Below the pieces are notes generated by a model that was not told the DNA's origin, did no database searches, and worked only from the letters and a program-made list of their open reading frames with translations. 38,579 bases of DNA from Pseudomonadota bacterium (GTDB taxonomy: Bacteria; Pseudomonadota; Alphaproteobacteria; Rhizobiales; Rhizobiaceae). Below, one piece after another: positions 28,841 to 37,730 of this stretch. Made by a program: the position numbers and the translations under genes. How positions within the stretch are numbered: the stretch's first letter is position 1; every line of letters begins with the position of its first letter. The stretch spans positions 1 through 38,579 of the forward strand of contig JAFAGL010000124.1 in assembly GCA_023422735.1 (NCBI GenBank), in the 5' to 3' direction.

Positions 28841-29544
28841 TGTTGAGGATACGCGACCTTCATGTGCGCTACGGAAGCTTCGAGGTTCTCAAGGGCGTCG
28901 ATATCGATGTGGCGTCCGGAGAAATCGTCACTGTAGTTGGTGCGAACGGAGCGGGTAAGACAACGCTTGTTAGAACCATCTCGGGTTTGGTGCGACCCTC
29001 CTACGGAACGATCGACTTCGACGGCCGCGACATCGTTCGTGCTCGAACCCATCAAATCGTAAGGCTTGGTGTCGTGCAGGTTCCTGAAGGGCGAATGGCG
29101 CTTGCCAAGCTGTCTGTCACGGAAAATCTTCTGGCAGCTGCAGCAGTCAGGTCTGATCGCGAAAACGTGCCGGCCGATATCGAAGCGGCGCTGGTTCGCT
29201 TCCCGATCCTACGCGAGCGCTCGAACCAGCTCGCAGGGACGTTGAGCGGTGGACAGCAGCAGATGCTTGTCATCGCGCGGGCTCTTATGGCGAAGCCGCG
29301 GCTGCTGCTGTTAGACGAACCTTCGCTCGGTCTAGCACCGGTCATCGCCGATCAGGTGTTCGAGATCATCTCCGAGATTCGGCAGCAGGGCGTTACGGTC
29401 CTGCTTATCGAGCAGAATGCGCATCGCGCGATGGACATTGCCGATCGGACCTATGTCTTGGAGCTCGGGCAGGTCGCATTTGCGGGCCCGTCCGTCGAGC
29501 TTAGCCGCGACCCCCGGGTAGCACAGTCCTATCTCGGCGCCTGA
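28840..29544 (+). CDS. livF: ABC ATPase (LivF-like)
   Basis: GANGAGKT, VPEGR, LSGGQQQML.IARALM, LDEPSLGLAP. Confidence 0.93.
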   Translation: MLRIRDLHVRYGSFEVLKGVDIDVASGEIVTVVGANGAGKTTLVRTISGLVRPSYGTIDFDGRDIVRARTHQIVRLGVVQVPEGRMALAKLSVTENLLAAAAVRSDRENVPADIEAALVRFPILRERSNQLAGTLSGGQQQMLVIARALMAKPRLLLLDEPSLGLAPVIADQVFEIISEIRQQGVTVLLIEQNAHRAMDIADRTYVLELGQVAFAGPSVELSRDPRVAQSYLGA

Positions 29545-29570
29545 CAGCCATATTCTAGTTAGGGAACGCT

Positions 29571-29597
29571 AAAGGGGCAGTCTTCGGACCGCCCCCT
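29571..29597 (-). terminator. Rho-independent terminator between convergent livF and GMC genes
   Basis: Minus strand GGGGCGGTC-CGAA-GACTGCCCC-TTT; the plus strand has a C(TTCG)G loop. Confidence 0.65.
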
Positions 29598-29608
29598 GCA
29601 ATAAGGGT

Positions 29609-31219
29609 TTATGCAGCCTTGGCCGTCAGCGCTTCAGATCCCAGGATCATATCAGCTGCCTTTTCGCCGATCATGATCGACGGCGCATTTGTGTTGCCGG
29701 ATACAATGGCCGGCATGATCGATGCGTCAGCGACCCGTAGGCCGTCGACACCCTGAACGCGCAACAGGGGATCTACGACGGCCTCCGGGTCCGAGCCCAT
29801 GCGGCAAGTGCCCACGGGATGAAAACACGTGTTGCCATTGGTGCGGATGAAAGCGTCCAATTCGGCATCGGTTTGTGCCGATCGGCTGGGCTCTAGCTCC
29901 TCGGGCTGGAATTTCGCCATCGGACCCGACGCAACGATATCGCGCGCGATACGGATTCCGTCCGCGATCGTGTCGACGTCATATTGGGACGAGAATGCGT
30001 TGAACCTTATGCTCGGCGACGCATCACGCGCCGAGGTGATGTGTACGCTGCCTTTGCTCTCGGGACGCAACACCAGCGAAGAGATTGTAAATCCGGGGAA
30101 ACTATCGAGCTGGCGCGTCTCAGAATTGGCGAAGGTCAACGGTGTCGCATGGTACTGAATGTCGGGTGTCTCGAGTCCGGCGCGTGTCTTGACGAAGCCC
30201 ATCAAGGGGCCGGCCGGCATGGTCAGCGCGCCCGAACGGAACAGCGCGAACTTCATGCCTTCGACCACCGCGCGCCAGCCGCGTGTCCTCTCGTTCAGCG
30301 TCAGGTGGCCCTTGATGCGCCACTTCAACCACACCGCCCAATGCTCTTGCAGATTCTCTCCCACACTTGGGCGGTCTACGACGACAGGGATGCCGAGTTC
30401 GCTGAGCCGCTGGCCATCACCGATGCCAGACCGTTCAAGAATGGCGGGTGAGTGGATCGCGCCGGCACAGAGGATCACCTCGTTTCTTGCAAGGGCAGTT
30501 CGCTTCTCACCGCGCACGGTGTAGGTCACACCGGTCGCTCGCTTGCCCTCGAACAGCACCTTGTCGGTAAGGGCCTCGGTCAACACGGAGAGGTTCTGGC
30601 GCTTGCGCGCAGGTTTCAGATAAGCCTGCGCTGTGCTGTTGCGCCAACCGCCGCGCGTCGTGGTCTGCGAATAGCTGAAGCCGTCCTGCTTGCCGCCATT
30701 CACATCCGGATTGCGCGGGAAGCCGAGTGACTCTGCGCCGCTGATCAGCCCATCGAGAAGCGCGTCGTGATCTTTCACGTCAGAAACGCCCAGCGGTCCC
30801 TCACTGCCACGGACATCATTCCCGCCCCGCTCGAAAGTCTCCGCGCGCTTGAAGTAGGGGAGCACGCCTTCGTAAGACCAGCCAGCGCAGCCTTTTTGGG
30901 CCCAGGCATTATAGTCGGCCGGCGTTCCGCGCACATAGACGCCGCCATTGATCGATGACGAACCGCCTAATACCTTGCCGCGCGGTACGCCAAGCGTCCG
31001 TCCGCCCGCACTTGGCTCTGCTTCGGACTTCAGCATCCAGTTGATCGACGGATCCTTGATCGTCTTGCCGACGCCGAGCGTGAAATGGATCCAGAAATTC
31101 TTGTCCTCCGGGCCTGCCTCCAACAACAGCACGCGATGTCGTCCGGACTCGCTCAACCGACTGGCAACCACACAACCGGCTGAGCCAGCGCCCACGACTA
31201 CGTAATCATACGAGTCCAT
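29609..31219 (-). CDS. GMC (choline dehydrogenase-like) FAD oxidoreductase
   Basis: DYVVVGAGSAG, RGKVLGGSSSING, AGAIHSP.IL.RSGIG, HPVGTCRMG, SGNTNAP (His/Asn pair). Confidence 0.95.
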   Translation of the reverse strand: MDSYDYVVVGAGSAGCVVASRLSESGRHRVLLLEAGPEDKNFWIHFTLGVGKTIKDPSINWMLKSEAEPSAGGRTLGVPRGKVLGGSSSINGGVYVRGTPADYNAWAQKGCAGWSYEGVLPYFKRAETFERGGNDVRGSEGPLGVSDVKDHDALLDGLISGAESLGFPRNPDVNGGKQDGFSYSQTTTRGGWRNSTAQAYLKPARKRQNLSVLTEALTDKVLFEGKRATGVTYTVRGEKRTALARNEVILCAGAIHSPAILERSGIGDGQRLSELGIPVVVDRPSVGENLQEHWAVWLKWRIKGHLTLNERTRGWRAVVEGMKFALFRSGALTMPAGPLMGFVKTRAGLETPDIQYHATPLTFANSETRQLDSFPGFTISSLVLRPESKGSVHITSARDASPSIRFNAFSSQYDVDTIADGIRIARDIVASGPMAKFQPEELEPSRSAQTDAELDAFIRTNGNTCFHPVGTCRMGSDPEAVVDPLLRVQGVDGLRVADASIMPAIVSGNTNAPSIMIGEKAADMILGSEALTAKAA

Positions 31220-31286
31220 TCAGACCTCCCAAGAATGCGGCGTACCGACTGCTTGACATAACCAAACAACTACGTCAACGTTTTAA

Positions 31287-31311
31287 GAAACTAGGTTTCA
31301 ATAGGAGAAAC
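31287..31311 (+). promoter_or_regulatory. IclR-type operator site 5 (divergent GMC / EthD region)
   Basis: GAAAC-TAG-GTTTC-AATAGGA-GAAAC; TTGACA at 31253. Confidence 0.8.
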
Positions 31312-31330
31312 TTACGGGAAGGAAAAGACG

Positions 31331-31657
31331 ATGATCACCTTCGTGGCAGTCTGGAACATTGCCCAAGGCGTCTCCGACAGTGAGTTCGAGCGTTGGTACA
31401 GTCACGTCCATATTGCCGATGCAAAGCGCATTCCAGGTCTCATTGGCTACCGCACCAACCGCGCTGTCGATCGCAGTAAACAACAGTTCTACCGTATGGC
31501 GGAACTGAGCTTCGAGGATATGCAAAGCTTTGAGGTCGCATTCGCATCTGCCGAATGGAAGCATGCTTTCGTGGATGCTCAGAATTATATTACCGACCAT
31601 CAACGTCTCGTCTTCGAAACGACGCAGCAAGATCTTGCAGAGCATACCGATGGCTGA
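31331..31657 (+). CDS. EthD-family protein
   Basis: EFERWY..VH...AKRIPGL..Y, MAEL.FED..SF..AFAS pattern. Confidence 0.8.
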   Translation: MITFVAVWNIAQGVSDSEFERWYSHVHIADAKRIPGLIGYRTNRAVDRSKQQFYRMAELSFEDMQSFEVAFASAEWKHAFVDAQNYITDHQRLVFETTQQDLAEHTDG

Positions 31658-32018
31658 GTTTCCCGAACTGTCTTGGTTTCAGGATTTTGCAGCGTTCGCA
31701 GAAGCCGATGAAGATTTCCGAAAGCATTGCCGGTGGTTCACCGGGACTGTCGCCGTCCGTGTCAATCAAACGTCCACTACAGTGCGTTTCGACCGCGGCA
31801 TTGTCCTCGACGTTGTGAAAGGTATCCAGCAACCTGACTATCTGATTTCGGGCAGCAGCGAGCAGTGGGACCATCTGTTCCAGAAGCGCTGGGCACTAGT
31901 GCGTCTTTACCGGTCGCGCACGCTAATGGTGCGCGCTGATCCGGTCAAACTCATGCAGAACTGGAAAGCCCTTTTCTTCATTGTCGAGTGCATCAAGCGC
32001 ACCGGCAAGGGCAATTGA
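31650..32018 (+). CDS. Hypothetical protein, SCP2 (sterol carrier)-like fold suspected
   Basis: FPELSW.........D..F....RW...V.V...PDY.ISG..EQW pattern. Translationally coupled to ethD. Confidence 0.6.
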   Translation: MAEFPELSWFQDFAAFAEADEDFRKHCRWFTGTVAVRVNQTSTTVRFDRGIVLDVVKGIQQPDYLISGSSEQWDHLFQKRWALVRLYRSRTLMVRADPVKLMQNWKALFFIVECIKRTGKGN

Positions 32019-32032
32019 GCCGGAGAACCCAG

Positions 32033-32848
32033 ATGCCGTACGTCTATCTCGACTCTGTCCGCATCTATTTCGAAGAGGAGGGTGAGGGCCAGCCGCTCGT
32101 TCTTATTCATGGTGCCAGTCAAGACACGCTATCGTGGCATGACAACATTCGTCATTTGGCGAAGAGCTACAAGGTCTATGCCCTCGACCTGCCCGGTCAC
32201 GGAAAATCGGCGCTGATCAACAGGCGCCCGACCACGATAACGCAAGAATTCGCGCACTACGTCGCGCTTTTTCTTGCCGAGAAGGACATTCAGAACGCGG
32301 TTCTGGTCGGCCATTCGCTCGGCGCAGGCGTGTCGATCATGGCTGCTCTGGCTGCACCGGACCGGACCAAAGGCGTGGTTTCGGTTTGTGGCGGCGCGGC
32401 GTTCCGCGGCCCCACGGGCGTGACCTATCAACCAGACATACTGCAAAATACGGAAATCAATCCAACCGATTGGCTCGAAACGATCTTCCACTCGGTTCTG
32501 GGTCGAACGACTCCCGTCGAAAGACAGCGCGAGATGGCGTTCGACGCAACCCGTTGTTCGCCCTATGTGGCGTTCTCGGATTTGCTGACCTATTCAAGCT
32601 TGAACCTGCACGAGCATATTCATCTCATCCGGAAGCCGCTCTTTTACATTGTCGGCGAAGATGACTGGTCGACCACGCCTGAGATGGCGCGCGCAACCAG
32701 CGAGCAACTGGGCTCGATGGGTATTGCTACTGAATTTCATGAGCTCAAAGGCATTGGTCACATTCCTCACTGGGAGCAACCTGAAGCCTTCAACGCGGTG
32801 CTGGACGGGGTGCTTAACCGCATCCTGACAGCACCTGAAAAGCAGTAG
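32033..32848 (+). CDS. Alpha/beta hydrolase (canonical Ser-Asp-His)
   Basis: LIHG, DLPGHGKS, GHSLG, GEDD, GHIPHWEQPEAFN. Confidence 0.9.
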   Translation: MPYVYLDSVRIYFEEEGEGQPLVLIHGASQDTLSWHDNIRHLAKSYKVYALDLPGHGKSALINRRPTTITQEFAHYVALFLAEKDIQNAVLVGHSLGAGVSIMAALAAPDRTKGVVSVCGGAAFRGPTGVTYQPDILQNTEINPTDWLETIFHSVLGRTTPVERQREMAFDATRCSPYVAFSDLLTYSSLNLHEHIHLIRKPLFYIVGEDDWSTTPEMARATSEQLGSMGIATEFHELKGIGHIPHWEQPEAFNAVLDGVLNRILTAPEKQ

Positions 32849-32865
32849 CGGTGAGAGGTCAGAGA

Positions 32866-34077
32866 ATGGCCAAATCTCAAGACGACAGCGGGTTCGGTTG
32901 GGACCGATATCGCACGAACCACAGTGGAGCAGCGTCCCGCGTCGTCCTCTGGCCGGGCTCAATTAACTCAATACCCGAGGAAGTCGATCGGCTCGGGTGT
33001 TCACGGCTCATGGTGCTTTGCGGCGGCTCGACCCGTCGGTCGAAGCTTTACGTCAACGTGGTCGAGCGTCTTGGAGCGCGTGTCGTGACGACTGTGGACG
33101 ACGTGGCCGCCCATACGCCCGAGGACATGGTGATGGCGAGCGCAGCGATCGCCCTCGATGCTGCCTGCGACGGCTTCCTTGCGATCGGCGGTGGCTCGGC
33201 ATCTGATTGCGCTAAGGCAATCAGTATCGTGCTTGCCGAAGGTGGACATATATCCGAACATGCTTCGAGCTTCACACCACCTGACAAATTTGTTCCAAAG
33301 GAGCTCTTCAAGCCAAAACTGCCGGTCATCGCCATCCCGACCACCGCATCGGCCGCCGAAGTGACACCGGGTCTTGGCGTGCGCAGCGGCAACGGCAAAA
33401 AAATGCTGTTCTGGGATGCAAAGCTCGCCTCGCGGCTCATCGTACTGGACCCTGAGGCGAACGTCGAGGTCCCGGCTTCATTGATGGCGCAGACCGCGAT
33501 GAACGCGCTCGCGCATTGCGTCGAAGGTTTATACTCGCGACTTCGGAGTCCAATCTCAGATGCGCTTGCACTGCAGGGCATTCGCATCCTCCATCGGGAG
33601 ATTCCTGCGATGGCTTCGGATCCCGCCAGCGTCGACCGCCGCGCTGGCGTGCTGGCGGGAGCGCATTTATCTGGGTTGGTAATCTCCAACGCGCGCGTCG
33701 GCGTCCACCACGCGATTTGCCATTGCCTGGGTGCGCGGGGAGGGCTCGGCCACGGCGAGGCAAACTCCATCATGCTGCCGCATGCGATGGCGTACAACAT
33801 CGACGTCGCGGCCAGCCAGCTTGCTCTCGCAGCCGAGGCGATGGGCGTAGCAAATCCAAGCGTCACCGATAAAGTCAACGCGACATATGCGATCGAGGCC
33901 GTTCGGCGACTTCAGGAAAACGCCGGCGTACCGATGCGCCTTCGCGACACGAAGCTGGACAGAAGCGCGCTTGATGATGTTGCCGTTCACACAATGTTCG
34001 ACCGAGGTCTACACTTCAATCCGCGTAGCACATCGACGATTGAGCCGATAGTCGCGCTTCTTAAGGCCGCTTGGTGA
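32866..34077 (+). CDS. Iron-containing alcohol dehydrogenase family, maleylacetate-reductase-like
   Basis: GGGS..D, IPTT, MNALAHCVEG (N in place of the usual D), HHAICH, HG.ANS.MLP. Confidence 0.85.
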   Translation: MAKSQDDSGFGWDRYRTNHSGAASRVVLWPGSINSIPEEVDRLGCSRLMVLCGGSTRRSKLYVNVVERLGARVVTTVDDVAAHTPEDMVMASAAIALDAACDGFLAIGGGSASDCAKAISIVLAEGGHISEHASSFTPPDKFVPKELFKPKLPVIAIPTTASAAEVTPGLGVRSGNGKKMLFWDAKLASRLIVLDPEANVEVPASLMAQTAMNALAHCVEGLYSRLRSPISDALALQGIRILHREIPAMASDPASVDRRAGVLAGAHLSGLVISNARVGVHHAICHCLGARGGLGHGEANSIMLPHAMAYNIDVAASQLALAAEAMGVANPSVTDKVNATYAIEAVRRLQENAGVPMRLRDTKLDRSALDDVAVHTMFDRGLHFNPRSTSTIEPIVALLKAAW

Positions 34078-34089
34078 GCCGTGGAGAGT

Positions 34090-34564
34090 AGCATGATCAT
34101 GTCATCGAACTGGCGACGGCTTGGACCGCGCCGCTTCCAGGCATGGTAACCGCTGAGGCTGACGCCCGCAAAAGCGCACAGACGTGAAAGAGACTATGGG
34201 CCTTCTCCGTATCAATGAAGGCGAACCTCATCGACTTGTCTCCCGAGCGAAGAAGGCCGTCGCTTTTTTTAACAGATCGCGTTCCTGCCGCAGAAGTTCG
34301 TTCTCCTTGCGCAGCCGGGCAAGCTCCTTGTTCACGTCCTCGTGCGGTCCAGCAAGAAGATCCTGCTCCTCGAAAATCTGCCGCCAACGACCCAGTGTCG
34401 ATTTCCCAATCCCAAGACCCACGCGACCGAGGATATGCCTCGACCGCTCGTCGTCAGAATCCGAACCGCTTCCCGTTGAGCTTTTCTGTAAACTCGCGTT
34501 TCAATTTCATTTCTCCTGTCAGCTCATCCCAACAGAAGCCCTCCACTTTCGAAGGGGAAGTCCA
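34090..34564 (-). mobile_element. IS3-family element remnant (IRL, frameshifted orfA, start of orfB)
   Basis: Left end TGGACTTCCCCTTCGAAAGTGG at 34564; orfA EAVRI...LGIGKSTLGRW...ELARLRKENELLRQERDLLKKATAFFA; A7G slippery site 34264-34270; orfB MRFAFI...GYHAW truncated. Confidence 0.85.
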
Positions 34565-34850
34565 CCCGTTTCTGCTGGAAAGCGCCACGGTCTGGTTGAG
34601 CCGACAGCCGAGCAACCCCGAGCTCTGGATCGACCACGGGTTCGGCGCACGGGTGACGCGCTGGCTCGCCGAAGTACTCCAGTCTGATCCATCGCTGAAC
34701 AAGAACTCAGCACCCATTCGTTTGCAGCTCGACGACGTGCTAGCCTGGCTTGTACGGGTCGGCGTGGCCGAAGCTCATCGGCTAGAATGCATAATCGCCG
34801 CAAGTCGAGCTGATGCTGCGGTCAGCGCGCCCGAACCGGGTCGAGGCTAA
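34565..34850 (+). pseudogene. C-terminal fragment of an unidentified protein cut off at the IS3 end
   Basis: Open frame (PFLLESATVWL...LWIDHGFGARV...LDDVLAWLVRVGVAEAHRLE) begins exactly at the IS end, has no start codon, and stops 25 bp before the next gene. Confidence 0.55.
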
Positions 34851-34875
34851 TCGGACAACAATATCGAGACCTGTC

Positions 34876-36343
34876 GTGCTGCAGATAAATACAGGCAAGC
34901 TCTACGAGAGAGGCATCGGCAGAACTAACCAGTTGACGGGTGTTCTCTATGCCAACGTCCGTCTCCCGTACGAACGCACAATCGTCACGAACGCGGGCAC
35001 GCTGAGATCGGCGGGTTCCGGACCGGCGGATCTGGCCATCGTTTACGATCTGGAGGAGATGATCGAGCTGGCGGATCCGGCGCCTGGCGTTTTGATCTCA
35101 CATACCGTCGGACCATTTCTCGACGACTTCGCGGTGGTAGCCTCATTTGGTCTCGGGGGAGTATTTTCGCGCGATCTTGAGATAGTTAGGACCCTGACTG
35201 GAGGGCGTCCGGGGTTTTCATCATATGAGGCGCCCGAGAACTTCGTAACTCACTTTTTTGACCGTTCGATCTACATTACAGACAAGCAGGCCGACGCATT
35301 CGTCACCTTTGTGGATGCACTGCTCGCGCTAGAAAGACGAAGCTATCTCGGTGCCATGCGCGCCATGCGAACCTTCGTCGCCGGCCTGCACCGCATTCCG
35401 GATGATCTCGCTCTCGCGTACACGCTCATTGTGTCGTCCATACTCGATGCTGCGCTTCAGCAAGCCTATGGGTTCCGTTCGGCTTACATCCACCGGCTGA
35501 GACCACTTCCGACACCCATTTCGTTGCCACATGAGCATTGGGAGACGACTAAAGTTGAGCGGCGGCATTGCGCTTACGTTCCAAGGTCTGTTTCGCCTTA
35601 CCCGCCATGTGATCAGGCAGTTCGTAGCCGAGCGTCCGAAAGTTGAACGAGAGACCTACGACTATTCGCTTGAGCGAGCGGGCGTCGTCTCGTTAGAGAT
35701 GGCACCGCAATACTGGATATGGCAGCCGCTTGCCGATCCAGCCCAAGCGCGTCGGCGGCTGGAAGGCCTACTTAGTCTGATTGCATCGGTCATGTGCCGC
35801 GAGTCCGAAGCGGCGCTCGTCGACTTGCGGCGCATGCTGGCCGACATCGAACGGATGCTGCCCCAAGCGGGCGCAGCCCACAGACCCGCGCTGCTCGCGA
35901 TCCATTTTCTCTTCAACCTGTTGGTAAGCCCCGATCAGCGGACGCCTGATTTCGAGATATTTCTGGCCAAACACGGGTCGGAAGCGAGCGCGCCGAGCAT
36001 CGAATCGGTTATTGTCTCGACCATCCTGAAGGCACATGACGACTGGCCTCTTCAGGACCACCGCACCGTGCTGGACTTATACTTTGACGAGCGAACACGA
36101 CCCAAAGGCCTTCATGCGCCGAGGGTTTTTGAGGCAGCGGCATGTTTGGCACTCGCACAGAAATACCAAGTCGCCAAAGACGCAGAAAATGCCAAGTTGC
36201 TCATCGCGCGCGCAGTTGAGACTCATTCCGGACACGTTGCCTTACGCGCCTTTGAGGCCGCGTATGTCGGACAGGCTGAGATCGACTGGCGAGCGATCCT
36301 CCTGCCCAGGGACGAAGAGTTGGACAAGACTCAACAGGCTTAA
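34876..36343 (+). pseudogene. HEPN-like (RxxxxH) protein, frameshifted at ~35565
   Basis: LAYTLIVSS helix, then AYGFRSAYIH (R 35476, H 35491). The reading continues in ORF 35531-36343 after a frameshift. Confidence 0.55.
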
Positions 36344-36702
36344 CCACTCTCGTCATCGACCCTTTGCGGCGTCAGGCGACCTTCGCGCCGCCTTTGACGA
36401 GCACAGCTATGAATCACTACCATTGTAAGCTCATTCTCTTCTCGAATTCCACTCATATGGCCGCCAGAGACCGCCGAGCGGAACTGTAGTTCGCTGAGCA
36501 TCTTCGTGCCCGGATGCGCATGGTTCTGGTCTCCCGTACCCTCGATCCGGTCTATGGCAACCATACCGCGATCACATCGGCATCTCGGATACGACCATCA
36601 AATCATAATGTTCTATTGACAGGATAACCAATTTTTAGATGATGATGTCTTGGTTCTGTCAGTTGATCTGGAGGAGATCATGGAACCATGGGAGGCAGCG
36701 TC

Positions 36703-37730
36703 ATGAGCACCTTAAGCCTGAAAACCATCGCGATCGCCATGGCGATGTCGTTGGTAAGCGCAGGAACCGCGGCATCGCAGACGAGCACCTTGCGATACTC
36801 CTCTTGGTTACCTGGAAACCATTGGTTGAACACCAAAGTGATGCTCCCGTGGACTGCGGAGCTCGAAAACGCAACCGATGGACGAGTTAAGATCGAGCTC
36901 CTCCCTAAGACCGTTGGCACGCCACCAACCCAGTTCGATGTATGTCGCGACGGGTTAGCTGATGTGTGCGTGATAGTCGCCGGATATACGCCAGGTAGAT
37001 TCGCTGCCACCGAACTTGGCGAACTGCCGTTCATGGGTGATGACCCGAGAGTCTTAGCGCCTGCTTTCGACCGCATCTGCGCAAGCATATCGCGCCCCTG
37101 AACGAGTTTGCCGGGACCGAGGTGCTTAGCATCTTCACCATCTCCCCGGGTAATTTCTTCACTGCCAAGAAGCCCATCAGATCCGTAGCTGACATCCAAG
37201 GGCTGAAGCTCCGAAGCCCGGGCCGGGTATCGACCCAAATCCTTGAAGCGCTGGGCGGCATCCCCATCCTGAAGTCTTCCACTGAGGCCTACGAACTGTT
37301 GTCGACCGGTGTCATCGACGGAAGTCTGATGGCCAAAGAATCCGTCCAGTCGACGAACTCGATGGACCTCCTGCATCATGGGACACTGATCCCGGGCGGC
37401 CTCTACAATGCGGTGCTGAGCGTAGTGATAAACCAGGATCGGTGGTCGGAGCTGTCGGAGGCTGATCGACAGGCGATCCAGGCTCTCTCCGCCGATACCC
37501 TGGCTGCAAAGTTCGGCCAAGCTTACTTCGAAGTCGATCAAGCCAGCGTCGATGCAATGATGGCAGCTAAATACGAGTTCATCAGTGCCGATGGCCCGTT
37601 TTTGGAGGAACTCAAGGCGAAGCTCGAGCCAATTCGTGCAGGATGGTCAGAGCTAGCCCGTTCGAAAGGCATTCCGGACCCTGACGCAGTCATTGAGGAT
37701 CTGCAGCGCGAACAGCGGTCAAGCAAGTGA
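36703..37730 (+). pseudogene. dctP: TRAP DctP (system 3), frameshifted at ~37079
   Basis: LRYSSWLP..H...ATDGRVKI...DGLAD...ELPF, then +1 frame RKHIAPLNEFAGTEVL...GLKLRSPG...EAYELLSTGVIDG. Confidence 0.85.

Noticed and set aside
29609..31219. Calling the GMC enzyme betA
   Set aside because: No betB or betI context, and the motifs are generic to the GMC family.
10548..31311. GAAAC/GTTTC motifs as CRISPR repeats
   Set aside because: They resemble CRISPR repeat termini, but the copies are isolated, kilobases apart, at promoters, and lack spacers and cas genes.
22298..32848. Vitamin B6 degradation pathway (GMC oxidase, MBL lactonase, hydrolase)
   Set aside because: No pyridoxamine aminotransferase, flavin ring-opening oxygenase or class II aldolase-type decarboxylase is present in the window.
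15418..34077. Classical beta-ketoadipate or chlorocatechol pathway (CMD, enol-lactone hydrolase, MAR)
   Set aside because: No dioxygenase, cycloisomerase, CoA-transferase or thiolase is present. The resemblance is at family level only.
10510..34100. Target-site duplication or att sites flanking the island
   Set aside because: No direct repeat was seen at the two junctions, and there is no integrase or tRNA in the window.
36340..36600. 74-aa minus ORF and small palindromes after the HEPN-like gene
   Set aside because: No motif, RBS or convincing structure.
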